From a virus (Duplodnaviria > Caudoviricetes): a stretch of DNA of 37,392 bases. A program made the translations under genes and the position numbers. Below are positions 24,922 to 34,994 of the stretch, piece after piece (position 1 is the first letter of the stretch; every line of letters starts with the position of its first letter). Location of the stretch: IMG/VR virus record IMGVR_UViG_3300021579_000020, positions 1 through 37,392 of that record, one strand, 5' to 3'. The notes beneath the pieces were generated by a model that saw only the letters and a program-made list of their open reading frames with translations, did no database searches and was not told where the DNA came from.

Positions 24922-27047
24922 TGGCTAACGAGAATACGATAACTATAAAGATTAATGCAGATGGTTCTTTGGCCGTCAATGGAATAAACCAAGTTGTCGG
25001 CTCTATGAAGTCGATGGAGACCGAAACTCAATCCATTGCATCGAAGTTTAGGGAACACTGGATTGGTATTACCGCAGCCATTACCGGCGCAATTTATTCG
25101 ATGAAAAAGGCGTGGGACTTAGCAGACCAGGCGGCAAGATTCCAAGAACAGGCAACGGCGCTTAATGCTTTGTCAAGTCAATATGGCCTCACGTCTAAAA
25201 ACATAGTCGAAAAAATAAAAGAAGCATCTGGCGGCTTAATTTCAATGTCAGACGCCGTACATGTTGCATCAAAGGCTTTGCTTGAAGGTATGAACCCAGA
25301 CCAGTTGGTGCAATTTATGCGGCTCGTGAGGGAAACAACAAATGTGACTGGTGATAGTGTTGCAAACTCATTCGAACGTATAACCCAAGCATCTGCTATA
25401 GGTGCAGAACGGGCATTACGGCAAATGGGCATTATTGTTGATTTGCAAAAGGCATATAGGGAATATGCAAGAAGTGTTGGCGTAACTATCGAACAACTAT
25501 CTGAAGAGGAACGCCAACAGGCTGGCATCAATGCAATATTGGCACAAGGTAGCGAGCTCATGCAAAGGCTGGGCGAGTCTACAGACTCGGTTAATGATAA
25601 AATGGAACGGTTCATGGTTATGATTACCGATATGAAAACAGAAATAGGGAATATTCTTATTAGGGTTGGAGCTGGGTTAATTACTGTGCTCATGGACTGG
25701 GAAGTTGCCATTGCAACTTTTATTCAGAAAATTACATATCCGTTTGCTATGATGGAAAAGGGATTAAATCTGGTTGGAGTAAAAAGCACTATATGGCAGG
25801 ATGCCTATAAAACATGGGGCGATGCTATAAAAAACACATCCGAACAAAGCAAAGTTGCGTTTGATGTTATGGTTGCAAAATCAGACGAATTGGTTACAGC
25901 GCAAAAGAATATCGTAACCCAAACAGAAAGAACCCACGTGGTTGATCCTGAGAAGGAAAGGAAAAGGGTTGAAGATGTTATAAAGCTCATGCAGGAATTA
26001 CACGACAGGGAAGAATTGCTTAATAAGACAGCAGACCAAAAAGACCTTATCCAACTCCAACAAAAACAACGCGACGAAATGAAGACACTTGCAAACGCAA
26101 GGGCGTCTTTTGCACAACTTGACGAGGCATCACGGATTCACGAGCTCGAAAGTAATGCCTTATTGGCAGAGCAAAAGAAGAAATATTACGAAGAAGAAAT
26201 GAAGGCATCAGAGAAGATAAACCAAATCAAGTCACAGGGTATCGAAATCCAAAGACGCGGCTATGAAGAAGCATGGAACATGATTATGAACACTAATAAT
26301 ATCATCGGAGGCCAGGCTGGGCAAGGACTTGGCCTTGTTGGTGCTGGTTTAAAAGGTATTATGGATATAGCTGGCGGTACGGATGTATACTCTAAACAAC
26401 TGGCTGACTTACAGGACAATTATAATGCACAGATACAAGCAACGACTGACTTCTACGCATTGAAATTGCAGATGATGGAGCAGGCCGGCGCCGACGAGAT
26501 TGCCATTAAAGAGCAAACGGCGGCAATGATTGCAAGCATTAATGATACGGTTAATCAATATCAGGCACAACAAGACCTTATCCTCGTGCAACAAAAGTTA
26601 CAAGGTTATGCCATGATGGCCAACATGATAGAAGGTATATTAACCGGCTTAGCATCATTTATGGGCAAAAATAATTCCCTCATGTTCTATGCTCAAAAGC
26701 TCTTTGCAATGGCAAATATTGTGATAAGCACGGCTATGGGTGTAGCATCATGCCTTGCAAATCCTGCCTTATGGCCGATGATTCCCTGGGTTGAGGCGAT
26801 GGGTGCAGCTCAATTGGCAATTGTTGCAGCTCAAACAATCATGGGACAAGGTAAAGGATTAGCAACAGCAGGCAGGGGCGGCGGATTTGCCTTGCAGAAC
26901 CCAACGACGCCGAGTGTACAAAGGGAAGAATTGCAAAAGTCGCAAATTATCAATATCTATGTACAAGGTAACATTGTTGACCACGACGCATTTGCCAGGG
27001 AACTTATCCCCAGCATCCAGAAGGCTACGAGTGACAATGTGAGATGA
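24921..27047 (+). CDS. Tape measure protein, 708 aa
   Basis: Helical Ala/Gln-rich sequence, RALRQMGIIVDL..AY.EYA..G...LSEEERQQA motif, C-terminal INIYVQG; follows the chaperone pair. Confidence 0.9.
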   Translation: MANENTITIKINADGSLAVNGINQVVGSMKSMETETQSIASKFREHWIGITAAITGAIYSMKKAWDLADQAARFQEQATALNALSSQYGLTSKNIVEKIKEASGGLISMSDAVHVASKALLEGMNPDQLVQFMRLVRETTNVTGDSVANSFERITQASAIGAERALRQMGIIVDLQKAYREYARSVGVTIEQLSEEERQQAGINAILAQGSELMQRLGESTDSVNDKMERFMVMITDMKTEIGNILIRVGAGLITVLMDWEVAIATFIQKITYPFAMMEKGLNLVGVKSTIWQDAYKTWGDAIKNTSEQSKVAFDVMVAKSDELVTAQKNIVTQTERTHVVDPEKERKRVEDVIKLMQELHDREELLNKTADQKDLIQLQQKQRDEMKTLANARASFAQLDEASRIHELESNALLAEQKKKYYEEEMKASEKINQIKSQGIEIQRRGYEEAWNMIMNTNNIIGGQAGQGLGLVGAGLKGIMDIAGGTDVYSKQLADLQDNYNAQIQATTDFYALKLQMMEQAGADEIAIKEQTAAMIASINDTVNQYQAQQDLILVQQKLQGYAMMANMIEGILTGLASFMGKNNSLMFYAQKLFAMANIVISTAMGVASCLANPALWPMIPWVEAMGAAQLAIVAAQTIMGQGKGLATAGRGGGFALQNPTTPSVQREELQKSQIINIYVQGNIVDHDAFARELIPSIQKATSDNVR

Positions 27048-27048
27048 T

Positions 27049-27813
27049 ATGACACCTATAATTCTTTATAACAATATCTTTTCAAACGTATTACCCTTAA
27101 CCGCAACAGATACGACAGACGGTTATGACGTGCTGAACGTGATTGATTACAAGACCTATACGTACTGGCAAGCAGATAGCGCGGGAACTAAATATATCTC
27201 CATAGATTGCAGTGGTGATGTAATGGCCAATTGTGTTGGCATTGCAGGGCATAATCTTAAGACGGCAAACGCAACCGTCTCAATGGAAAGTTCAGCAGAT
27301 AATTCAAATTGGACGACAAGGGTATCGGATTTTATACCGGATACGGATAAGGCTTTCACGAAACTTTTTGATTCTGCGACAGCACGGTACTGGCGATTAA
27401 AAATTGTAACTGCTACGATAGCAGCTCAAATAGCGGTACTTATGGCAGGTGAACGCTTAACGTTTCCTTGTCCGCCGGAATCGCCGTATATACCTTACAG
27501 CGAGTCGGTTGAACTCGATTCGGCGAGGAGTAAGGCGGGGCATCTGCTGGGAGTTGTAACACGGTATAAACCCATTGAGATTAACGCACGATTCAGCGTA
27601 TTAAGTAGGGATTGGGTTTTCAACCAGTATTTGACTTTCTGGGAAAATCACGCATCAAGAATATTGCCATTTTTTTGGGCATGGGATGTTGTCACCTACC
27701 CAGAACACGTGTATTTTGTAACGATAACCGAGAAAATGAAATACAGCATACCATTGAGTATAGGCGCTTACGCGGATAGTATGGAAATAAATATGGAAGG
27801 AATTATAATATGA
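27049..27813 (+). CDS. Tail tip protein (distal-tail-like, galactose-binding-like insert)
   Basis: Position after TMP; IAGHNL, ARYWRLKI, PFFWAW. Confidence 0.6.
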   Translation: MTPIILYNNIFSNVLPLTATDTTDGYDVLNVIDYKTYTYWQADSAGTKYISIDCSGDVMANCVGIAGHNLKTANATVSMESSADNSNWTTRVSDFIPDTDKAFTKLFDSATARYWRLKIVTATIAAQIAVLMAGERLTFPCPPESPYIPYSESVELDSARSKAGHLLGVVTRYKPIEINARFSVLSRDWVFNQYLTFWENHASRILPFFWAWDVVTYPEHVYFVTITEKMKYSIPLSIGAYADSMEINMEGIII

Positions 27814-28520
27814 CATTTACCCTTAATAGAGACACGAGCGGCGTACCGGTAGCAGCGTACAATGATTCAAAAGACGTCGTCAAGGTAGACCATGTTCGCA
27901 AATCATTTCGGGATGATTTCCCAGGATCGTCCCTGGATACTACAACAAACTGGACTATTATACAGACTGGAGCCGGAATGACCATTGCCGTATCTAGTGG
28001 TTATCTAGTTATTAGCACTGGCACAACGCAGAATTCAGAGACCATTCTCAGGTCGAAGGCGTCTTATCGTTTGCCTGCCTTTTTGTCTGCAATTGTAAAC
28101 CTGTCTCAACGAATCGCAAATCAGGAATTTTATATTGAACTTATGACCGCAGACGGGAAGCATATCGCCGGATGGAAGCTGGATAGTACAACAGCGACAC
28201 AGGGTAAATACATGAACGAGAACAACGATATGAACACCCTGTCCTCCGCTCAAACAATACTCACGACGGCATCAGATGCAATTTTGGAAATTGAAGCCAT
28301 GCTTGATGGGGTTCAATATCATTCGAGGAATCTGAACGGGGCGCGGGCAAATAACTATGTACTTCATAAAAACACGCCCGACATGAATCAGGATTATTAC
28401 ATCCAAATTAGGGCGAAGAATCTTGGTAGCTCGCCATCTAGCACAACAGATTTTAGCGTTGACGCCGTTAACCTTATCGATATTAGCAATGTTTATAATA
28501 TTCCTGTAACGCTTATATAA
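27810..28520 (+). CDS. Hypothetical beta-sandwich tail protein
   Basis: FRDDF.G.SLD..NW, LSQRIANQEFYIE; tail operon context. Confidence 0.6.
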   Translation: MTFTLNRDTSGVPVAAYNDSKDVVKVDHVRKSFRDDFPGSSLDTTTNWTIIQTGAGMTIAVSSGYLVISTGTTQNSETILRSKASYRLPAFLSAIVNLSQRIANQEFYIELMTADGKHIAGWKLDSTTATQGKYMNENNDMNTLSSAQTILTTASDAILEIEAMLDGVQYHSRNLNGARANNYVLHKNTPDMNQDYYIQIRAKNLGSSPSSTTDFSVDAVNLIDISNVYNIPVTLI

Positions 28521-28533
28521 TAAGGGTTATAAA

Positions 28534-30384
28534 GTGGCATCTAACTACACGACAGAATTAAAAGCAATTGCCAGAACTCCAATAACCCTTGTTGTTATCA
28601 GCATGGACAATTGTGCATTGACCTTTGCAAAGTCGCCCTGCCTTGCAAGCGGTAAGCCTTGCTTTAATACTTACGTTACATGCCGTTATAAGGCCGGATA
28701 TCAACGGCAAGTAGGCGGCAAGAACTACATGTCATCATTAATTGTAATTCCCTATCCGGGCGGCAAGAATTATCAGTTTTCCTCTTGTGATGCTCCATTG
28801 CCATTCAAGGCCGGTGAAAAGCCTTACATCAAAGGTGTGGCGTATTTACCGACGGAAATCAAAGATAATCTCACGGTAAATGCAAGGCTTGTATGTACAT
28901 TTATTGACGAGCCTGACAATGATATTGGTATTGACCCCTATCTATTTTCAACAAGTATTGATCAGGATTTTACGCAAATTCGGAACGTACAATATACAGC
29001 AACACTGGGCGTGATACCGTCGGTTACAAGTCCTATTCCACGTGGAACATTCTTCAAAAAGTTTGTTGCCAGAAATCCTAATTACAAAGGGCGATTCTTA
29101 AAGGTTTACGAAGGTTTTCTGGGGTTAGAGGAAAAGGATTTTAAGCAGAAGTGGGCTGGTGTTGTCGATGCGATAAAATACGATAGGGGGAATGTGAAGA
29201 TTGAGGCCGTTGACCTCTTGAAATCACTTGCAAATATTGATATACCACAGAAGTTGGATATTAAGCTTAATTCGGACATTACCTATAATTCAACATCATT
29301 TTCCGTATCGACAATCGAAGGGCTTGAAAAGCCAGTCGGTTATTGCAGGTTAGATGATGAAATTATTTATTATGCATCAATCGACGAAAGAACTAAGACA
29401 GTAAGTGGCTGTGTGCGGGGCATGTTTGATACAGAAGCTACAGAACACAACATAAACGACAAGGTGCAAAAGGTGCGTGTTTATGCCCAAAAGAATCCCT
29501 TTGACTTATTGCTTGAAATGCTCGAAAAAGATGCAGAGATATCGCCGGAATACATTGATTATAAAGCCTTCGAGAAATGGCGGGACTTCCCAGAGCGGGA
29601 TATTGATTATCACGCCGTAATTCCTGAACCTACAAAGCTGGAGAAGCTATTCTTTGAAATCGTTGACTCTCTGGACTGTAAATGCTGGGTAAATGAAGAC
29701 CTGCAAATTACTATCAAGCGAAACATTCAGAACGAGCCTGGGCGCACATATTATAAAATTACGGACACAGCCAATATAATCAATGATTCGGCGGCCATTG
29801 ACCTAAATCCACAATCTCGAATATCAAGAATATTGCTTTATTGGGACAACGATATTTTCAAGAAAATTGATGATGTAACAGCTTATAGCAGGCTTGATAT
29901 CGCCGTTGAAGGTGAAGCGGAAAACAGAAAGGAATACGGGGAAATTGCAGAAAAGAAAATCTTCAGCCGATGGATCCACGATGATATTGGTTGGAAAGAA
30001 GAAGATTTCAAACGCTATATTAAAAATCATCTCATCAGGCAGTTATGGCGATATCGTGACCCAATGCCAATACTATCTTTCAGCCTCGAACTGAAAGATA
30101 GCGAAATGAGAACCGGGGAATTTTGTACCGTAAGCACGGATGAAATGTGCGACATATCTGGCGTAGATGTTAAGGCAATGCCGTTTAACATTATCCGGCG
30201 TGAGGCTAAGGGTGCAAAGATTAACTATAAGGCATTACAATTACAACCGCGCAAGATAGCCTTTATAGCTCCAGATGGTTTGCCTGATTATGACAAGGCA
30301 TCCGATGCAGATAAGGAATATGGCTACATATCAGGCAATGACGGCAAAATGCCTGATGATAGCTGGGGTTATTTCATTTTTTAA
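28534..30384 (+). CDS. Tail tip/hub protein
   Basis: N-terminal Cys cluster C..TF.KSPC.A...CFNTY.TC, ARNPNYKGR, DDEII.Y...RGMFDTEA.EH. Confidence 0.7.
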   Translation: MASNYTTELKAIARTPITLVVISMDNCALTFAKSPCLASGKPCFNTYVTCRYKAGYQRQVGGKNYMSSLIVIPYPGGKNYQFSSCDAPLPFKAGEKPYIKGVAYLPTEIKDNLTVNARLVCTFIDEPDNDIGIDPYLFSTSIDQDFTQIRNVQYTATLGVIPSVTSPIPRGTFFKKFVARNPNYKGRFLKVYEGFLGLEEKDFKQKWAGVVDAIKYDRGNVKIEAVDLLKSLANIDIPQKLDIKLNSDITYNSTSFSVSTIEGLEKPVGYCRLDDEIIYYASIDERTKTVSGCVRGMFDTEATEHNINDKVQKVRVYAQKNPFDLLLEMLEKDAEISPEYIDYKAFEKWRDFPERDIDYHAVIPEPTKLEKLFFEIVDSLDCKCWVNEDLQITIKRNIQNEPGRTYYKITDTANIINDSAAIDLNPQSRISRILLYWDNDIFKKIDDVTAYSRLDIAVEGEAENRKEYGEIAEKKIFSRWIHDDIGWKEEDFKRYIKNHLIRQLWRYRDPMPILSFSLELKDSEMRTGEFCTVSTDEMCDISGVDVKAMPFNIIRREAKGAKINYKALQLQPRKIAFIAPDGLPDYDKASDADKEYGYISGNDGKMPDDSWGYFIF

Positions 30385-30399
30385 AAGGATTGAAATAAA

Positions 30400-31407
30400 A
30401 TGAGTTGGAATCCAATAAGTAACGGTGAAATCGATGTTCGGAAGTCAGTATCACAAGGGTTATGGCAGAAGGTTAAGGATAACTTTGACTACCTCTATGG
30501 TAAAGCCTTGTTTGATGCAGGCATCCTGAACGGTTCTTTTGAAATTGATGCCGATAATAACGGTGTGCCGGACAACTGGACGGTAACTCTCTATGCTGGT
30601 GGTTTGTATAAACTTGATGAATCAGTTCCGGCGCACGGTTACAGGGCATTTAGTTTTACCCATCCTGGGGGGGCAAATAATGGCGGTGGGTATATCGAAA
30701 GCGGATTGTATGAAATAGCAGATGTCAGAACATACCTTATTGGCTTTATCTTGTGGGGTTCTGTGGCAGGCATGAAAAATCTTGTGCACATAAGGTATTA
30801 TGATAAGAACAAGAACTACATCGGCACGGATGATGATACATTGTATGCGGCAAGTAACGAAGGGAACGAATTGATTTATCGTTCAACAAGCAATCCGACA
30901 ACGGCAACGTATTTTGTCAGAGGTTTTAAACCGCCTTCAAGTCCATTGGCAAGGTTTATGAGTGTACGCCTTATCGGCGGGTATACTGATACAAATGTTG
31001 CAGGCACAACTTACTTTGATAACATCTCGATAATCCCCCTGGCAAATGCAATTCAGGCCGGTACAATCGCTGAAGGTAATACATCAGATACGAATTATGC
31101 AAGCATTGGAACGGTAGATATAAATGTGCCTGGCATAACCAGCGGGGCTTTACAGTTAGATTTTTTCTCAGAACTCAAGGCGTCTATCGGTACAGTATGG
31201 TTAAAATTTGGTGTAGGTAGTTATTTTACCCAAGAGATATCAACGACATCAACATCATATATAACCGGCTTGTTCCGATGTATTTTACCTCATACAGAAA
31301 TTTCAAGCGGGAAAATAACTTTGACTATGTATTTAAAAACAGAAAGTTATACAGGTTATGCAAGAAAGCTTACATCAAACACATCAATTACCGTAATACC
31401 TTTTTAA
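30400..31407 (+). CDS. Tail fibre/receptor-binding protein with a CBM4/9-like domain
   Basis: ILNGSFEID..NGVPDNW...TYFDNISI. Confidence 0.65.
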   Translation: MSWNPISNGEIDVRKSVSQGLWQKVKDNFDYLYGKALFDAGILNGSFEIDADNNGVPDNWTVTLYAGGLYKLDESVPAHGYRAFSFTHPGGANNGGGYIESGLYEIADVRTYLIGFILWGSVAGMKNLVHIRYYDKNKNYIGTDDDTLYAASNEGNELIYRSTSNPTTATYFVRGFKPPSSPLARFMSVRLIGGYTDTNVAGTTYFDNISIIPLANAIQAGTIAEGNTSDTNYASIGTVDINVPGITSGALQLDFFSELKASIGTVWLKFGVGSYFTQEISTTSTSYITGLFRCILPHTEISSGKITLTMYLKTESYTGYARKLTSNTSITVIPF

Positions 31408-31410
31408 GCT

Positions 31411-31977
31411 ATGAAATCATTTTTCATAAAACTCGGCGGAATCAGGCTAAAGAATACCGGCGATAAGCTCTTGGTGAGAACAAGGGATGATAAATATTAT
31501 GCCGATATAACAGTTAAATCAATAATCGCCGATGATGTATCAATCAATGGCGCATCATTGCTTACGGGGAATGCTCCAATAACAGGCGCAACAAAAACCA
31601 AAATAACTTACGACACAAAAGGGCTGGTAACAGCTGGTGCTGATGCCACAACGGAAGATATTGCGGATAGTACAAACAAGAGATATTGCACGGACGCACA
31701 GAAGACTATTATAGATAATACGAATGGAGTTAACACCGGCGATCAAACACTTAATGGCTTGGGGGGAGTGCCAACTACCCGACAGATAAATGCCAAGGCA
31801 TTGAGCACAGATATTACGCTAACTACCGCAGACATAGCAGATTCATCGGATAGGCGATACTGTACGGATGCACAAAAGACGGTAATCGGTAACACGAGTG
31901 GCACAAACACGGGAGACCAAGATTTATCATTAATAACGGTTGCCACGAAATTATACTTATACAACAATTTTATTTAG
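31411..31977 (+). CDS. Tail fibre shaft-like protein with a duplicated ~33-aa motif
   Basis: TT.DIADS..(K/R)RYCTDAQKT.I.NT.G.NTGDQ occurs twice; TKITYDTKGLVTAG. Confidence 0.7.
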   Translation: MKSFFIKLGGIRLKNTGDKLLVRTRDDKYYADITVKSIIADDVSINGASLLTGNAPITGATKTKITYDTKGLVTAGADATTEDIADSTNKRYCTDAQKTIIDNTNGVNTGDQTLNGLGGVPTTRQINAKALSTDITLTTADIADSSDRRYCTDAQKTVIGNTSGTNTGDQDLSLITVATKLYLYNNFI

Positions 31978-31986
31978 GGGGAAGTC

Positions 31987-32238
31987 ATGGCAAGCAAATC
32001 AAAATTTATATCAAACTATCGGGCGCAAATAGGCTCATTGCTTGATAATATTGCAAAGCTTAGAGGGCTCAACCTGGAGTTTGAACTCATTGATGGCAAG
32101 GTGGATGATGCTGATTTTGTCGGGGAAAATCAAGACATAAACGCCGAAATATTTTTGACGGCAGTTAAGCAGTTATCGGCAATTAACGAATCATTGAGCG
32201 TTGATCAGTTGAAATCCTTTTACAAGTTGAAGGTGTAA
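31987..32238 (+). CDS. Hypothetical protein, 83 aa
   Basis: SD GGGGG; operon context. Confidence 0.7.
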   Translation: MASKSKFISNYRAQIGSLLDNIAKLRGLNLEFELIDGKVDDADFVGENQDINAEIFLTAVKQLSAINESLSVDQLKSFYKLKV

Positions 32239-32239
32239 T

Positions 32240-32653
32240 ATGCCTGCGAATACAACTCCTATATTTACCCTTACGCCGGTTGCAAGCTGGGGAACGGTTA
32301 CAACTGCAAACACAGCAAAAGACGGTACTGGCACGGTGGTTACAATATTTACCGCTGGTGCAAATGGGGCAAGGGTTGACAAGATACGGTATAAAGCAAT
32401 GGGTACAAATACCGCAACAGCTATGCGTATCTTTGTAAACAATGGCAGTACAAATGCAACGGCAGCAAATAATACCATGATACGCGAGGAAACCGTAGCG
32501 GCAACAACCTTGTCAGAAGTTGCAGCCCTTACAAACGGCGAAATCGTATTTCTTGACGGCTTGATTTTACCGGCAAGTTACGTGATAAATATTACGATAG
32601 GCACAACGGTTTCCGCTGGACTCCACGTTTCAGCATTTGGGGCAAACTTTTAA
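32240..32653 (+). CDS. Hypothetical Thr/Ala-rich virion protein
   Basis: MPANTTPIF...TANTAKDGTGTVVTIFTAGANGARVD.I. Confidence 0.7.
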   Translation: MPANTTPIFTLTPVASWGTVTTANTAKDGTGTVVTIFTAGANGARVDKIRYKAMGTNTATAMRIFVNNGSTNATAANNTMIREETVAATTLSEVAALTNGEIVFLDGLILPASYVINITIGTTVSAGLHVSAFGANF

Positions 32654-32654
32654 A

Positions 32655-33398
32655 ATGGAAAAAAGCTTATACCGATTTCCTTTGAGAAATCGAAGGTCTG
32701 CATTTTGTGGCGCAAACAAATCCATGTTATCCACCGGATTATTTGCAAGCTACAAGCTCAACGAAGGCGCTGGGCTTAATGTAATCGATAGCTCAAACCA
32801 TAGAATATTAGGCACGATAACAGGGGCTGGAACAGGTTACACGTGGGTAGATAACTCCTTAATTGGCGGCGATGCTTATGGCAATGCTCTGAAATTCGAT
32901 GGCACGGGTAATGATTATATAAAGTTATCTCAATATTTGCCTGACCACTTTAACTCCTATACTTGTGCGGCGTGGATAAATGTTGCCGGGGTAAGCCTTA
33001 ATTGTGGCATATTTGAGGCTGGTAAAAATAATACCGGCGGGTTTAGGTGCAGGGTGAGAACCGATAGTGGATTGCAACATAATATGTCAGACGATAATTC
33101 GAACTTGACATCATGTATTTCGTCGGCAAGCCTTATATCTCTTAATACATGGTATCATGTGGCCTTCACTGCGCACAGTAAAAATTTTATGCGTATATAT
33201 TTGAATGGGGCGATTGTCAAAGATCAGGCAACGGCGCAAGTTTTGGATTATACGAACAAGGGATCAAACACAACCCCTCTTATAGGCACAAGCTGGGATA
33301 CCCCATCAACCGAGCCGTTTAATGGCACGATGTATAACGTCCGCATTTACACGCGGGCATTAAGCGATCAGGAAGTATACGATTTGTATCGGCAATGA
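32655..33398 (+). CDS. LamG/ConA-like lectin-domain protein
   Basis: YKLNEGAG, ALKFDG, YTCAAWI, TWYHVAFT, IYLNG, FNGTMYNVRIYTRALS.QEV. Confidence 0.85.
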   Translation: MEKSLYRFPLRNRRSAFCGANKSMLSTGLFASYKLNEGAGLNVIDSSNHRILGTITGAGTGYTWVDNSLIGGDAYGNALKFDGTGNDYIKLSQYLPDHFNSYTCAAWINVAGVSLNCGIFEAGKNNTGGFRCRVRTDSGLQHNMSDDNSNLTSCISSASLISLNTWYHVAFTAHSKNFMRIYLNGAIVKDQATAQVLDYTNKGSNTTPLIGTSWDTPSTEPFNGTMYNVRIYTRALSDQEVYDLYRQ

Positions 33399-33412
33399 AA
33401 GAAGGGGGAAGT

Positions 33413-33862
33413 ATGGAAAGTGAAATCAATGATGACCAACAATATTCAGAGAAAAGAAGAAGGGCTTCTGACGATTATCTCCCAAAATGCCTTTCTATAA
33501 TTAAAGAAAATATAAAAGAACTCACAGAAAATGTTTCTAACTTATCGAAGCAGTTTGAACAAGTTAATGAACGTCAGCAGTTTGTATTAAAAAGTATAGA
33601 GAAATTTGAAAAAGAAATTGGAGATATTAAGCATACGATTGACACAAGAATGAATTATTGTCCCTACGAACAAGACATAAAAGGGATGATAACCCAGTGC
33701 GCTGTATGTAAAGGTGGGAAGGAAACATGGAAAATACTTCCGGTTATTATACAATCCTTAATTGCTATAATTACGGTAAGTTGTTTAATTTACACTTTCC
33801 GTGCTACGGCCAATAATAAAGAAATACTTAATCGTGTCGAAAGTAGAGGATATGAGAAATGA
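33413..33862 (+). CDS. Coiled-coil protein with one C-terminal transmembrane segment (holin/hemolysin-like position)
   Basis: Heptad-rich N-terminus; ILPVIIQSLIAIITVSCLIYTF. Confidence 0.6.
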   Translation: MESEINDDQQYSEKRRRASDDYLPKCLSIIKENIKELTENVSNLSKQFEQVNERQQFVLKSIEKFEKEIGDIKHTIDTRMNYCPYEQDIKGMITQCAVCKGGKETWKILPVIIQSLIAIITVSCLIYTFRATANNKEILNRVESRGYEK

Positions 33863-34050
33863 TATACATTTACACTGTGGAAAACTGTGGTAATTGTTCA
33901 AAGTTGAAACTTGAATATTACCGGAACGGCACAAAGTATGAGGAGCGCAACGCAGAGAGGATTAAATCTCCGCATGATGAAATAGACCAGGAAGCCTTGA
34001 TTCTGGCCAGTATGCAAAACATGACACTTCCGGTTATCGTAGAAATCTAA
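33859..34050 (+). CDS. Glutaredoxin-like protein
   Basis: IYTVENCGNC..LK...YEERN...TLPVIV. Confidence 0.7.
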   Translation: MIYIYTVENCGNCSKLKLEYYRNGTKYEERNAERIKSPHDEIDQEALILASMQNMTLPVIVEI

Positions 34051-34057
34051 TCTCTAG

Positions 34058-34107
34058 GCCAGAGGGGCAGTTTTCTTAATCACATTTTCCCACCCCTCTG
34101 GCTTTTT
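34058..34107 (+). terminator. Intrinsic terminator at the convergence of the late and minus-strand operons
   Basis: GCCAGAGGGG...CCCCTCTGGC followed by TTTTT. Confidence 0.75.
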
Positions 34108-34112
34108 CTTCT

Positions 34113-34349
34113 TCACATCCTCGCCATTTCTTCTTCAATTTGCGCATAAAAAAGTTTGCCCTCATTTACTAAGTCGTAAAGCCTGACAAATTCTTCCTTC
34201 AGACACGCCGGACAGTATACCGTACCATTCTCTAATTCAATCCAAGAGCTTGGCAGGCTATTATCAGCATATAAATAACCGCATTTATTGCACTCGAAGC
34301 CTACAACAATATTTCCGACTTCTTTGTCTTTTCGTGTTTTAGTTCCCAT
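34113..34349 (-). CDS. Small Zn-finger protein
   Basis: CNKC...CPAC. Confidence 0.7.
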   Translation of the reverse strand: MGTKTRKDKEVGNIVVGFECNKCGYLYADNSLPSSWIELENGTVYCPACLKEEFVRLYDLVNEGKLFYAQIEEEMARM

Positions 34350-34351
34350 AA

Positions 34352-34849
34352 TTACTCCAATTCAACTCTGGACGGGTTAATATGTCCATAAGGTGTCCTA
34401 ATATCAACGCAAGCGTATTCACTATCCAAATCAACATGACGCTGACAATCAGAACATCGTCTATTTGTAATATAATCTGATTCGAACTCTTTGTAGCATA
34501 TAAGGCAAGTTCTTTTAGCTGGCTTATAATATTTGTCTCTTTTCCGTAAATCTTCAAGCAACTGCTTTCCATCTTCATCTATATAATCCCCGTAATTGTC
34601 ATTTCTCTTCTTATTCACAACCTTCAAGCATGCCCTACAATACGCCAAGTTGGGGTTGTTATGCATAACCCCGCATTTACACTTTCTCTTTACTTCGGTA
34701 ATTTTGTTGTCTTGAAAGTAAAAAAATAGCACACCATTTACAGCAATGTAGTTATCTATAATTTTGAATACTGACCGTGTCTTAATCTTCTTGTAAACCT
34801 TCACAAAACTTTCTACATCCATCCCGCAATACTTATTAAATTGATTCAT
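34352..34849 (-). CDS. Hypothetical protein with two Cys4 clusters
   Basis: CKC...CRAC and RTCLIC.KEFES....RRCSDC. Confidence 0.75.
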   Translation of the reverse strand: MNQFNKYCGMDVESFVKVYKKIKTRSVFKIIDNYIAVNGVLFFYFQDNKITEVKRKCKCGVMHNNPNLAYCRACLKVVNKKRNDNYGDYIDEDGKQLLEDLRKRDKYYKPAKRTCLICYKEFESDYITNRRCSDCQRHVDLDSEYACVDIRTPYGHINPSRVELE

Positions 34850-34946
34850 ATATCCCTTCCTTCCTATTCATCAAATAATTTTGAGAATTCATGTTTTTCC
34901 CTTTTTCCTTTGCCCTGATTGGCATAACCACCGTGATTTTAAACCA

Positions 34947-34989
34947 TCCACGCCGGTGGAGAAGGAGGAATCGGGGACACCGGCATGGA
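34947..34989 (-). other. 12-bp hairpin with a pyrimidine-rich anti-SD loop
   Basis: UCCAUGCCGGUG-UCCCCGAUUCCUCCUUCUC-CACCGGCGUGGA; the U.G pair fixes the strand. Confidence 0.6.
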
Positions 34990-34994
34990 CAGTA

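Noticed and set aside
10500-33400. Numerous antisense and alternate-frame ORFs within structural genes
   Set aside because: They shadow well-supported genes and lack SDs and motifs
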